Below, one piece after another: positions 12,834-25,737 of a DNA stretch of 64,000 nucleotides. Source of the stretch: Camelus dromedarius (taxonomy: Eukaryota); the NCBI RefSeq assembly GCF_036321535.1, contig NC_087437.1:5394001-5458000 (forward strand). Direction: 5' to 3'. Under the pieces are notes generated by a model. It did no database searches. It was not told the origin of the DNA and worked only from the letters and a program-made list of their open reading frames with translations. A program made the position numbers and the translations under genes. Position 1 is the first letter of the stretch; each line of letters begins with the position of its first letter.

Positions 12834-14394
12834 TACTTGCCCTGCTAATGCAACCACCATCACCACGCATCTCCAGGAACCCTTCTTCTCACCAACAGTG
12901 TCAGCTGCATCTCCCAGTCACCCTGCCACCTCGGCACCCCCAAGAGAAAGGACACGTCACCTCTGTTCCACCATCCTCCCTTTTTCTGTCCCCTCTGGTA
13001 TGAGCAGGAGATGTAAGAGCAGCAAGAAGAAAAAAGAAGCTGCTACGAGCCACAATTCCCACATGTGAAAATCTGCCACTGGCTGGGAGAAAATCAAAGG
13101 TTGATGTAACAATGGAAAAAAAGGAAGGATGTAAAAATGTCGCTCTGTGAAGATGGTCAGATGACGGGACAAAGACTGTGCCTCCTAACCCCAGGCAGAG
13201 CAAAACAGGGAAAAAGAAACTTCCCCAAAAGCATGGCGGCCCAGAGGCAATAAGCACACTTCAATTTGGCATTTTCCACAGGACATAAGAGGAATCAGAC
13301 TATTTCTTTTTGGGCCTGAGTAATTATCATAAGGGTCTCAACTCTGTAACAGAGCTTTAACACTGGTGTATCAATAAAGTCTTTACTTGGAGGAGGGGAG
13401 CATAAAAAGGCACCACGTCCAAGACTATGACAATAAATCCCACTCTTTCCAGGCTCAGCACGACATCTCCCCACAAAGGAAACCCGTTCGTGGGTTCAAA
13501 GGCACCATCGGCAGACACACCAGCAGATGTACATCCGTGGACTCCCCTTTCCTCTCTGCAGTGGAGACACGCAACGTCTTCAGTGACACAGGCACATATA
13601 CCCTCACAAGACTGACAAAAAGTTCCATCTGCTGCAAATGCCTTTCAATAAGCAAAATTCTTCTGTGTATGATGTCACAGAAGAGTCAACCAAACTCAAA
13701 CGAGGACAGGACCAGACAGTCCTCAGGCTCTAAAAACGGCTTCGCACCTGCATTTCCAGCTTTGCGTGAACAATGACTGCGCTCACGCACAAGTTCCCAA
13801 ATGGTGCATGGAAATAGAAATCGTACGCAAGAGCTCACCAACCAATTTGCATGCAAAATTGTCATCAGCCCCCTCCGGTTTATTTTTTGCCGTGTAAGAG
13901 ATGGGAAGTCTACGATGCCTCAGGAGACTGATTTTAAGAGGCATTTTGGTTCCTACTATAAAAAAGGGAGCCCCTGATGGCGTCTGGGATCCACGCACGC
14001 ATCCCTCCCAGCGGCCTTTCCGTGAATTCCAGTGGAAGAGGGGAAAGTCTGAAAATGATATCAAGTAGAATAATTAGGTGAGAGCAAATGAGCAAGGGAC
14101 AGTCTTCAGAATAACAGAAGAGAGAAGAAACGTGGCTAAAAGAAATGTGTATTTACACCCGAAAAATGCCATCTATCAATGACAGTTGGCACAGGAAGGG
14201 AAAGATGGATTTTAAACATGCAGGAAAAAAGACTTTTCTGAGTTGGCCTGTGATATTTTATTGAAATAGACCACCAGAAAGCTTGGCCTTTGAGATTGCC
14301 AATGAGGACCTGACAGGTATGTGTGTGCTTAAAAGGTGTCTTAAGTTTTCTTTAACATTTCCTTCCTCCCTCCCTCATTTCATTCCTCTTTTCT

Positions 14395-14665
14395 ACTTGA
14401 AATGCAGCTAGTGTGAACTGAGACAAGCCGAAAGTGTGAGAAACACACAAGATTTCAAAGACTTCATATAAAAAAAAGAATGCAAAATATCTCAATAAGA
14501 ATTTTTTTATGGATTGTATGTTGAAATGATAACAACATTCTGAATACACCGGATTCAATAAAATAGATCAATAAAATTCATTTACCTATTTTAATTTTTA
14601 ATGCAGCTACAAAAATTTTTTTAATTAAAGGGCTATTATAGTTCTCTTGGACAGATCTGTTCTAG
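14395..14665. mobile_element. MER33-like hAT-Charlie MITE
   Basis: cttgaaatgcagctagtgtgaactgaga...gatttcaaagactt...gttgaaatgataacaacattc...ttggacag. Homologous to the element at about 11.9 kb. Confidence 0.65.
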
Positions 14666-15834
14666 AACCTTTTGCTTTTAATTATTTATTGAAATTGATT
14701 TATTTTAAACTTAGTCCAAAAAACATGATCCCTTCTCTACTTTAGTTAAGCTGCCAATTCAACTCCTTACTAAGCATCCTTTAGCTACAACTATCAGAGA
14801 AGTCACTTCTCCCAAAATAAACCTATTAACGCCAAGAAACCAGGCAAAACTGCCAAAATATTTACAGTGTGGGATCAGTGAGTAACCTGCCTTCAAGCAC
14901 ACTCGATCTTTTCTTCTTACTAGTTGTCACTGCTCCAGCTTGGAGGGAAAAGGCAAACTTTCTTGCAGCCTTCGCCTTTGATGTGTTCGTCCCCGAGACC
15001 CGTAAATACCTGCTCTTGGAGAATATCTGGTAACACCGTCGTCACACCAGCTTCTCAAGTGTTTACCCCTCGGGAGCAAGTGGGTTCACAACCTTTCGTC
15101 CATCCTTGCTCCGTCGGCAGGTCCAAGCACCCCCCCGAGTCTCACCTCTCACCCCACGTGGGGAATCGCAAACTGCGAGTCTCGCCTGTGAATCACTTCT
15201 CTGGCAAAACTGGAAACAGCTGCAGAGGCCACCAGCTGGCCGGCATCGCAGCTAAGATCACTCATATCAGAAACATCAACAGACAGTGGACCCTCCAGTC
15301 TGTTTGGTAGAGTCCCTGGAAGTACTTTGTACTGGATTTTCTGGGTGATTTACATTACAGTCCAGAAATGTGAATTCTCCCTTATGCACTTGATAAACAC
15401 ATCCCTGTGGTCGTCGTCTGACTTAAGAGAGCTGTCTCCCTTCCTGGGCTTCCTTGCCTGGCTCCTTCGGAGGTAGGATGGGGGACTTCATGACATTCTG
15501 AATTCCCACATATCCGTAAGAAGTGGGTAGTATTACTACTTCTTTGTAAGTGCAGCACAGTTTGTCTTAATTCTAAGCAATGCAGGCAAATGGGGAAGAG
15601 AAATCGCAGGGTATCGCAGCTGGCTAAGGCGGGGAGACGGGTGGCGGAGGGGCCAAGGTTACAGCTCTGTGCTACAATGGAAAAAGTGTTGGGTCGGGGT
15701 CCAGGGGTCTCCTCTAGTCCTGCTCTTGCTGCTCACTCTGTGTCCACAGCCAGTTGTTTAACCCCTGGGGACACCATGTTATGATCTGTAAAATGAGGGG
15801 GCTGGCTCTGGTAATTCTGAAGACTTCCTAGTGC

Positions 15835-15975
15835 CGTGGTGAAAGGCACAGGCTCTGAATGCCTGGGTTTGAATCTCGGGTCCACCACTTACCAGCTATG
15901 CAACCTTGGGAAAGTTACTCCACCTCTCTGATCCAGAGTGTCCTCATTTTTAAAATGGAGAGCATAATAATACAA
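15835..15975 (+). mobile_element. MIR SINE fragment
   Basis: gcctgggtttgaatctcgggtccaccacttaccagctatgcaaccttgggaaagttact...aaaatggagagcataataata. Confidence 0.8.
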
Positions 15976-18504
15976 AACTCAGGGGTTCCCTGAGTTGGAA
16001 TCTCAGTGCCACCCCTTACCAGCTGTTTGACCTGACATCCGCCAGCAGCCTGTTCAGGAGAATGTCTCCCACACCCGGGCTGTCCCCAGTGACTTCTGTA
16101 GGCAATTCGTTTCATCAAATAATACCAGGCAGACATCAACCTGCCCCTCTAACTGCTCCTGAGACAGGACAAGTACTCTTAACCCAGGATGAACAAATGC
16201 TAAAAAATCGAACCTAGTATCTGTTCCACAGCCATCAGAAGAGGTACTATTTTGCCTTTTCTTACCTTCTTGAGAGACCTTATTTTCAAGTCTCTCTTAT
16301 TCCCCGCCCCTCCCCCCCATAAGAAAACAAAACCAAAGAAACGGCTGAGAGATGAGAGAGAGATGGCTGAGCAACGAGGTCTCGACTCTGCAGGGACTGA
16401 CTGATTGGACGGTGGCGATGGTCACTGCTGGGTTCAGTCATGGTGGCCTCAGTGACATCAGAGAGGAACAGGTAGGCAAGCCGTTGGATATGAGGTCTGC
16501 GGTGCAGAAGGAGAACTCCGAGTCACCTATGGGGCGTAAACTCTCACTGGGGCCCTGGGCTTGGATAAGCTCTCACGAGAGACCATGCAGAGAAAAGGGC
16601 AGGCCACAGCCGAGCAGGGGCAAACTCCCCACAGTCAGCGGCCATGCAGAGATGGCCAGATCTGCAAAGGAGGTGGAGGAGCAGCCAGAGAGGTAGGGAG
16701 AAAGCCTGGAGGACATGGAGAGAGGCCAGGGAAGTGGGATCAGGAGAAAGCACTGTCAGTTGACCCCCTCTGACCCAGCACGCCGGGTTGGCCAAAGACT
16801 TCTAGGATGCCCGGGCTGGCTCATTTTGTCTCCTCACGACCCGCCTCCTCTGCCTAGCTAATAACCAGAATTCAGTAAACACTCAGCAAATGAAAAGATG
16901 ATTAAAGAAAGAGCAGACAGAGAGCCGGTTACTGGGAAGGACAAGTCGGCAAAACTGCCCCTTCCCCAGCACCGCGCCGCCTCCCACAGGATCTCTGATT
17001 CTCCAAAGATGAGGCCAGAGAGGCTGGCAAGTGAAGGCGGGCGGCCGGCGGATGCCCTGCTTCAGCCCGGGTCTTGTCTGGGCGTGTGTGATGGGGACTC
17101 CAGGCAGGTGGTCGGGCACTGCCAGGGTCGGGGAGCAGCTGCAGAATCAGCAGCAGAAACCACTCCAGCTTGTTCAGGGGGTGCATGGTGCTGAGAAAAC
17201 CTTGCCCGGGCTGAGTTCCTGTGTCACTTGGAGGAACGATGTTATTTTTAGGGGGCAGGGGACACCAAAGAGGCTTCTTGGGCAAAGGGACACAATTTGT
17301 TCGCCGGAGCTTGGCATGCGTGTGTGAAAATCCTCATGCTACAAGCCGGTGGTTTTCAAAGCTCACAGGGGAGAGGCTCCATAAACAGGTCAGGGGTGGG
17401 AAAAACAAACAAACAAAAATACCCCAGGATGACAAGTGTGCAAATTAACCCTGGAACCAGGCGAGCAGGCAGTGAGGACAGACAGAAAACAATGAGGCTG
17501 CTCATGTGTAAGGGGAGGGAAATTCTGAAGATGGGAGCATTCTCCCTGAAAGTTTTATCAGGAGAGAACATACACACCAGTCATTTACGGTCCCCCAACC
17601 CCAGTCTATTAGCCCTGGAGAAGGAGGTGTCCACTATGCTCAAAGGACCAGAGGCTCTGAAAATTCAGGACCCAGAGAGGTCCACTCCCCTCTGAGCTCC
17701 CTCCTCCAGCTCTCAGATAATCAACTAATAGAGTCCAAATAATCTAATCACAAAGTAATAAATGCACATGGCAAAAGCAGGATGGATAGCCTACTCAACA
17801 GAATTATACATCAGCTGTTCTGTCAAGTTGATAATGAAACATCAGACAATCTGCGAGAACACCACGCCAAGGAGGAGAAAGATAAATTGGGCTCCTCCAC
17901 TCCTCCTGGAAACTGATTCAAAACTAATCAATTAGCTCCCCCTCCCTCCATCTCCACATTATTATTCCTCTTCACGAAATTTCCTGGGAATCCACTTACT
18001 ATTCTATGATCGCAGGTATCAAGTGAAAATCAAGTTCTCCGCTGAACAGGAGAGAAACTTCACAGTGTAATGGAAGAGGAGCTGATTAAGGGCACTTAAT
18101 CTGTGGACAGTGAATTCTTAAAACCTCCAAGTGGAGGGAGTGGCGGAACCGTTGGGAGGAGGCTGGAGGCAGCTGAGTTCTGACGGCACAGAGCGTGGAT
18201 TCTGGCACTCGGCGAGCTGTCTTATTCACAACCACGGTAACCAGGGCTGTGCGCTCTGCCAATCAGAACGAAGACCCAATCTCTGGAGACCCGAGACCCG
18301 AGACAGTAAGAATACCCTTCCTTTTAGGAAGTAAAACACCCAGGGCTGTGAGAGTATCCTAAGAGATGCCCGGCAGCTCAAAAAGAACAGTGTCTTTCTA
18401 AGGCAAATTTCATTTTGCCCAACTTCTTACACATTGGGAAGGGATTGCAAACTCAGGTGTATTTGTAATAAATTTACTGTTTAAAAAAATAGTGTAAACA
18501 CCCT

Positions 18505-18800
18505 CCACTGACCAAACTCTTAAGAAAAATTATCTTTTTCGCACTCTCAAAAATTCCAGGCCACCCTCTAAGAGCTTTTGTGCATGTGGGTTAAAGCTAT
18601 CGATATTTATTATTTTAGAGAATTTAAATACTAGCGATGATGGCATCACACATCACGTGGCCTCTGGAAAGTTCCGCCATGTGCTCGTGAGAGAATACAA
18701 GTGAAAAAGGCAAATATATAAAGATCCTCATGTTATTCTGAAGAGAGCTGTGCCCTGAGGAAGTCCCAGGGTGTCCAGACGGCACCCTGAGAACCGCCGG
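18505..18800 (-). mobile_element. Charlie1-type hAT DNA transposon, internally deleted
   Basis: Reverse complement begins cggcggttctcagggtg...tatttgcctttttcacttgtattctctcacgag...tttccagaggccacgtgatgtgtgat and later has aataaatatcgatagctttaacccacat...aaaagctctt, resembling both Charlie1 termini. Confidence 0.7.
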
Positions 18801-19475
18801 CCTCTGGTAGACAAAGAAACGACAGCTGTTTCAAGAGTCCCCTCTCCGGTAAAATCTAAACACTCCATGTGTGCCACGCGTCAGTGAAGACTTTACAGGA
18901 TGACAGATGGCCAGGTCTCGAAGAACTTCCACAAGCACATGTGCAACTTCCTGGTGCATGACGAGAAGACGGGCTCTTTTCATCTCTCACACGTGACCAC
19001 GTTTGTTCAACAGCACAGGTGACTTACTGCTGCCACACAGGGCTGTCCCTCGGTGGAGCCGCTGCAGCTGGACAGATCCCCCGGGTCAATTCAGTCCCCT
19101 CAACAAACACTGCACGCAGGCCAGTCACCCCCGAGAGGCAGGCTGGCTTGGCGGTTAGGAGTGCAGACCCTGCAGTGAGACTCCCCGGGTTCAAATCTCG
19201 GCCACTTGCTGAGTGGTGGTAGGAAGGTTACTCATCTCTTGGTGTCTGTGCTTCCTCAAGCATAAAGAGGGACGACAGTAGTATTTACCTGATAAGATCT
19301 TCATGGAAATCTAAGACACAGGAAGTCCTCAACAAATACCAGTTATGAGTTACAATTATACCCTCTTTTATGGTACACAAGGTACCCCAAAGGTCGGAAG
19401 GTGGTTTTAGGCTCAAATTTCAGAAGTACAAGCATTACAGACTTGCCAAAGAAATGACTGAATTCTGTGAATTCT

Positions 19476-19927
19476 GAACGAAATTATGTCTTTGGCAGCA
19501 ACATGGATGGACCTAGACGTTATCATGCTAAGTGAACTAAGCCAGACAAAGAAAGCACCATGTGACATCACTTGTAGGTGGAACCTAGAAAAAGATACCA
19601 ATGAACTTACTTACAAAACAGAAACAGACTCACAGACACGGGACATGAACTTATGGTTACCAAGAGGGGAAGAGGGAGGGAAGGGATGAATTGGGAGTTC
19701 AAGACTGGCAGATACACACTACTATCTATAAAATAGGCAAACAACAGGGTTACACTGTACAGCACAGGGAGCTATATTCAGTGGCTTGTAGTAACATGCA
19801 ATGAAAAGGAGTATGAGAAAGAATATGTTTATATACATATATATGTTTAAATAAATCACTACACTGTAGACCAGAAACTAATATAACATTGTAAATCAAA
19901 AAATTTAAATTTAAAAAATAATTAAAA
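19476..19927 (+). mobile_element. L1 3' end, lineage-specific type
   Basis: ORF 19486 gives MSLAATWMDLDVIMLSELSQTKK (L1 ORF2p C-terminus), followed by 3' UTR and an A-rich tail. Confidence 0.92.
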
Positions 19928-20759
19928 GCTTATTCATTCAATAAAATGGTCATTTCTTATTTCAGTTCCTCTGATTGAAAATGGCAAATGCTACCTGAAA
20001 CAAAAATTCAACTACTGCTCTGGTAGTGGGGTGGGGAATACATAAATTTTTCTTACAAAAAGAAGGTTTATTGCCATTAAGACTTATGAGTTCAATAGAC
20101 ATTTACTGAGCATCTGCCATGTGCCAGGCTTGTACCAGGCATCTGGGGGGATAAAAAGAAACCAGACAAAGTGCCTGGCCAGTGGGGGCCAGCACAGTCT
20201 AGTGGGCAGGCATGGAAACAGAGGGACATGCCCCGTGTCCTGCTGTCATCATAGTTCAGGGCGCTCAGGGCGGTCCTGGGGCCCCAGGGAGTGGAGTCTC
20301 AGAACAGGCGAGGGCAGAGGAGAGAGGGAAGTTCTGTCCTTGCTGATATTTGGAAAACACCTTCCCTACCCAAGAAGTGAATTTTTCCTTTCATGTGTCA
20401 TTAATTCAGTTCAACCCCCAAAAGCCCATCTCTCTACAGCTTTCCTGTGGCACTAGCTCCTCAGTACGGATGTTCACAGAGCTCTTCCGTCCTTGTGAAT
20501 AGTAAATTGTCCTTTCAACATCCCTAAGGACAAGCAGTTCGACCCATCCATTTTATTTGCGTATCATAGTAACAGCCTCTTATTTAGATGTCAGATTCCA
20601 GTAACTAAAAACTCAGACGCGTACAAGACAAACCCAAAGCTCAACGCAGCCAAAATTATTCTCAAAACCGTGGCTGCTTTCCACAAACTTCAGTCTCTTT
20701 TGGAAAGCGTCTTGGGCTAAAGTCACTCTTATTTCACATACTTAGAGAGAAAATTTGTT

Positions 20760-20961
20760 CATTTTTTTTTTTTTGCATTCTTTTTTATTTAAGTAGAGTC
20801 AGTTTACAATGTTGTGTCAATTTCAGGTGCACAGCAGTGTTTCAGTCATCCATATACACATACATATATTCCTTTTCATATTCTTTTTCCTTATAGGTTA
20901 CCGCAAGATATTGAATAGAGTTCCCTGTGCTGTACGGTTAGAAACTTGCTGTCTATCTGTT
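20760..20961 (-). mobile_element. Truncated L1 3' end
   Basis: Poly-T, then aagtagagtcagtttacaatgttgtgtcaatttcaggtgcacagca...gatattgaatagagttccctgtgctgtac. Confidence 0.88.
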
Positions 20962-21689
20962 CATCTTTCTTCTCAGCAGACTGAAAGGACAAAAATCTGA
21001 AGAGTAAACTGAAAAGATGATGCTGAGCTTCATGAATTCTCTAAAGTTACAAACCTTGATTTTTACTGAATGAAATCAGTCTTAACAGAATCAAAAAAGG
21101 TCTGAGTAAGGTCTGCAAAGTATTTCAGCCGTCTAAACTCTTACACAAAGAGTCCTTTGCCCTAATGAAAGACTATTTCTCATTTCCCCTAAGTCAAAAG
21201 ACTGAAAACTAAAAAAAATCAAACTCAAATCGACACTCAAAATTGTCTTAAAATTTTTCTTAAAAATGCTGGTCCGTACTCAGAATTCACCTGCTCTAAA
21301 CAGCTATCACTTACATCTATAATGACCTAGTCAGTATCGTCATGCTGCAGAAAAGAGACGAAAAATGAACTTATTACAGAAATGTTGACCATTATCATTT
21401 GTTTAAATGCTAGAAAAAAGTACACTCAAAAGATTTACATACACTAGGTTTTGAAAGAGATTTATCATTTTGGGGAGAGTTTCTATAACTTTTAGCTATT
21501 TGACATTTGCAAACTGAAATAAGAAACTAAGAAAATTAAATGCGATGTTTTCTTCTCAGATAACTAAAGCCAAGATGTTTTTGAGAACACGAATTTTTCA
21601 AGTGATTCCTGATTCTAACACTGTATGTGGACATAGCTTTGTTCTGAATTTTGATGAGTTAGAGCAGTGATCCAGAAATTCCACAGGGA

Positions 21690-21790
21690 TACTATATATA
21701 TATGTATATACATACACATACATATATACATACACACATATGTATTTATATATACTTATGTATTTTAATATATACTTATATATATATAAA
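21690..21790. repeat. (TA)n/(CA)n compound microsatellite
   Basis: tatatatatatgtatatacatacacatacatatatacatacacacatatg... Confidence 0.9.
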
Positions 21791-23689
21791 GTCAGATAAT
21801 GTAGTATGTAAAATACACATTGCAGGAGTAAATTATGTAGAATTTTCTGAGCCTGCAAAACACCAAGATTGTCTCAATTTCCCTTTTCCAGTGTGATTTA
21901 TTTCTATGGTGTGTTATTTTGATATTTGCATGTTTACTGCAGGCTCGTGGGGTGGGTCACACATGGGGAGCTTCTATAGTAACCATATTTGGTTTCCATG
22001 TTAGGGACAAGTTCCTCCCCTCCTCTTTTCTCCTTCCCCCAAGGCCCATCAAGCTTATAAATAAACCCAAAGCCCAGAGGGAAAACTTCAGGAGGCTCAG
22101 GTGACAACTGACTGCGTCTGAGCAGGTTGAGCCCCGTCTGGTGTGAATGGCCCCCCGACTCTTCGGAGCACACCTGGGAGAGCAGAGGGACTCAGGAGAT
22201 GGGACATCCAGCTCTGTGAGGATCAGGGACCTCAGCCTCCCACACCACGGGCAAGACCAAAGCTGCACACCTCAATCAGAGCTTGGGTGAGAATATTTTA
22301 GGTGAAATTTTCTCCCCAGTTTCCTCCTTTACCGAGTAAGGCAGAAATATCACACCAGAGGCCGGTTACGCAGACGACTGTAATGGGAGGTACAGGAGCA
22401 GACAATGCATGGGTCTCATTTTCCAGCCAAAATTCAGGGTGTGAGGTCCAAAGCCAGAAAGACCATTTCAGAAGCAGATGATGCCAGAGCCTCTGAGACA
22501 GGTGACCTCCACAGGGGTGATGTGGTCCCCTCCCTCCCACTCCCACCCCAGCATCTTACCCTTCATAAGGCAGCCGCTACCCCTGAACGGCCAGACTTCT
22601 GGCACAGAATGTCAGGCCAGGCAGGCCCAGCCCCACGTAAGATGGAAAAGTCTCAGAAGACACCAGTCGTTTTGGAAAGTGAGACAGGAAGGCCCCCGAG
22701 GCCGCCCAGCTGCTGTGACAACGGGGACCCAGAGGCAGGAACAAGATCAAGAAAAATGTAGACAGTCCAAGAGCAAAACCCCAGCCCGGACCCCCGGGTG
22801 GGCAAAGGTTAGGGAGAAGCCAATGACGCAAAGCTAGTTTTCCTCTGACCATCTGACGAGGAACAATCTCGGCTACGTTCAAATACAGACATTACGGTAG
22901 GCAGGGCTCAATGACAAACAGCCTCTAAGGTGGTCTACCTTGGAGGCAATATTTCCTTTAAACACTTACATGAATTATCAACAGTAATAAAGTTAAAAGA
23001 CCTCCTATGTTCTCATTTTTAATTAAAAAATATATATACACGCACACACATGGACACATGTATTTATATACATCCACGTATATGTATGTATGTCTCACCA
23101 GGAAACCCAAGCTAAGCACCGGGGTTTATCTGTAAGAATCTAATACCCGACGGCCAGGCCACAGACAACAGCAGATTCTTCGAGAGAAAGAATAGAGCCC
23201 TTTCAGCCAATTACACAATTACACAATATGACCATGTTTACATTATCAAAGGGAGGCAGACCCAATTACCTAGCTACTTCAAATTAATAACCCCATTTCC
23301 CTCAATTATCTGGCAGGCAGGGACTGAATAACCTGAGTAATTACCTCAATTTACTCAGATGGTATAGGCGTGGCCAGGGAGCCCAGAAGTAATTTTTCCT
23401 TCTGGAACACCTCCACCATCGGCAGCTGTAAAATGTGCCACAGTAAATGCACACCCACTTCGTCTGGAAGCAGTGTGAGCAAATTCGTTCTGTTAGCCAG
23501 CAGATTAAAATTTGTTATACTCTTCATAATCCGGGTTTGAAGGGTTCTGGGTTTTTTTGTTTGTTTGTTTTTCTGATAAAAATGCATAGGACCAGAGAAT
23601 TTGAGAGCTAAAAAGTCCCACCAGAACCTAGGGCTAAAAGCCAGCTGCAGGCAGCAGTCCGAACAGAAAGCCAGAGTACTGACCCGCAG

Positions 23690-23920
23690 CAGTTTAGGGA
23701 AGGAGTTCAAAGCCCAAATGCTTGGGTTCAAATCCTGCTCCACCACTTATCAGCTGCAAGGTGACCCTGGCAAGCACGTACCTCTCTAAGCCCGAGAGTT
23801 TTCACCTGAACAGGGTGGTAATGATGGTACCCATCTCAGAGAGGTGGTCCCAGGACTTAAGTGAGAGGAGGCTGGTAACGCACTGCTAGGCACATACTAT
23901 CTTTTTTAAGCACTTACTAT
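23690..23920 (+). mobile_element. MIR SINE
   Basis: cttgggttcaaatcctgctccaccacttatcagctgcaaggtgaccctggcaag... Confidence 0.75.
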
Positions 23921-23959
23921 TATTATCACAACATCACCACCTTTTTTGGGCTCAGAGAG

Positions 23960-24369
23960 AGGTGTCCACCCCCCTTTCCCCAGGCCCCGTGAATATTACT
24001 TGACACGGCAAAATATGTGATTTAAGTTAAGGATCCTGAGAAGAGGGGGTTATTTACCCCGGATGGTCCAGGTGGCCCTAAATTCCATCACCATGCGACC
24101 TTAGGAGAGGAGGCAGAGGGCGTTCTGAGAGAGACTCACAGAAAAGGACACACAGGGCAGACGGCAACGTGAGGACAGAGCCCAGGGAGGTGATGCTACC
24201 AGCCCCTAGAGAGTGGTGACAAACACGTGCTCCCCGGAGAGGTTTCAAGGGCCCTGCCAGCACTCTGATGTCAGACTTCCGGCCTCCGGGGCTATGAGAG
24301 AATACGCTTTGGTCGCTTTAAGCTGCTGCTCAGGCTGGTTTCTTGTACAACCTTGGGTAACTAACGCAC
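23960..24369 (+). mobile_element. MLT1 (MaLR) solo LTR
   Basis: gtgaatattacttgacacggcaaaa...gttaaggatcctgaga...gacttccggcctcc...gagagaatacg...gctttaagc...gggtaactaacgca. Confidence 0.8.
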
Positions 24370-24984
24370 CCCCTTAAGAGATACAGCTCTCGCTTGCCCC
24401 AGTTTAAAAACTGTGCCTTGAGGATGTCAGTGATAATGATAAGGTCAAAGGTGAGGGTTCCCGGAAGTGGGAAATGCCAAGGGCTGGGGTTAGGGGTTGA
24501 ACATGACAGAAGCAGAGAGCAGGAAAACACAGCGACTACGCTTAAGCGGGTTTGGTTGGAGGAGACGCCCAGGGAGGGAAACACACACGCAGACGGCTGG
24601 AGGCTCGCCCTGTAACAGGTCTCATGCCTTGGAAATTCTGACGAATCAAACAGTAATATGAGTGTTGAGAAATTTTTTTTCATATTGATAAACATTTTTA
24701 TTCTAATATTATAGTAATAAGTCAAGCACAATTCTCTTTGAAAAGTCAACTCTGTTCCAACAACACTTGTTAAATATCTTTCATCAAACGTAAGCATATT
24801 CCTTTCAATCCCCTATAGCAGTCAGAGCCATGGAGCAGAGGGAAGTTTTTATTTAAGCCTACTACATGTTGTTATTGCTAAAAAAATCTGAATTAGCTGT
24901 CAAGGTCTCAGAAGTCACAGAAATCTAAAACGCCAGGGTGTCGTGGGTTCTTAAATAACATCTTTATCCATTAAGCAGGGAACT

Positions 24985-25290
24985 TTTTTTATTGGAGTCT
25001 GCACGGCTTCTAGAATGTGTGGGTTGATCTCTCTCACAAGTTTGGGGAAATTCTTGGCCATTATCTCTTCAAATCCTGCTTCCGTCCCACCCTGTCCCCT
25101 CTCTTCTCCTGCTGAGACTCCAATTATCCACATCTTAGATCTTCCACTATGTCCCTTTGTCTCAAATTCTTTTCTGTATGTTCCGTTCTTAACTGTCTGC
25201 ACTTAAGTCTGAATCATTTCCATGAACCTTCCTCCAGCTCACTCTCCTGCCCTCTGCTCTGTATGATCTTCTGTTCAACTGTATCCCATG
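24985..25290 (-). mobile_element. Old L1 ORF1 fragment (the element probably continues past 25740)
   Basis: Minus ORF 24951-25202 has RSKMWIIGVSAGEERGQGGTEAGFEEIMAKNFPKLVREINPHILEAVQTP, matching the L1 ORF1p RRM region (IIGVPE..FEEIM.ENFP.L). Confidence 0.85.
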
Positions 25291-25296
25291 TGTTCT

Positions 25297-25737
25297 CTTT
25301 TTTTTTTACATTTTTTTTATTGAGTTATAGTCATTTTACAATGTTGTGTCAAATTCCAGGGCAGAGCACAATTTTTCAGTTATACATGAACATACATACA
25401 TTCATTGTCACATTTTTTTCTCTTGTGAGCTACCATAAGATCTTGTATATATTTCCGTGCTATACAGTATAATCTTGTTTATCTATTCTACATTTTAAAA
25501 TCCCAGTCTGTCCCTTCCCACCCCCCACCCCCTTGGCACCACAAGTTTGTATTCTATGTCTATGAGTCTGTTTCTGTTTTGTATTTATGTTTTTTTTTCT
25601 AGATTCCACATATGACCAATCTCATATGGTATTTTTCTTTCTCTTTCTGGCTTACTTCACTTAGAATGACATTCTCCAGATCACCCTTGTTGCTGGCAAA
25701 TGGCGTTATGTTGTCAGTTTTTATGGCTGAATAGTAT
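25297..25737 (-). mobile_element. Young camelid-type L1 3' end inserted in older L1
   Basis: Poly-T, attgagttatagtcattttacaatgttgtgtcaaattccag...ttatggctgaatagtat. TSD catg(t/a)gttct at 25287-25296 and 25738-25747. Confidence 0.92.

Noticed and set aside
21820..22105. Possible LTR-like segment after the TA microsatellite
   Set aside because: I could not define termini, a TSD or a family with enough confidence.
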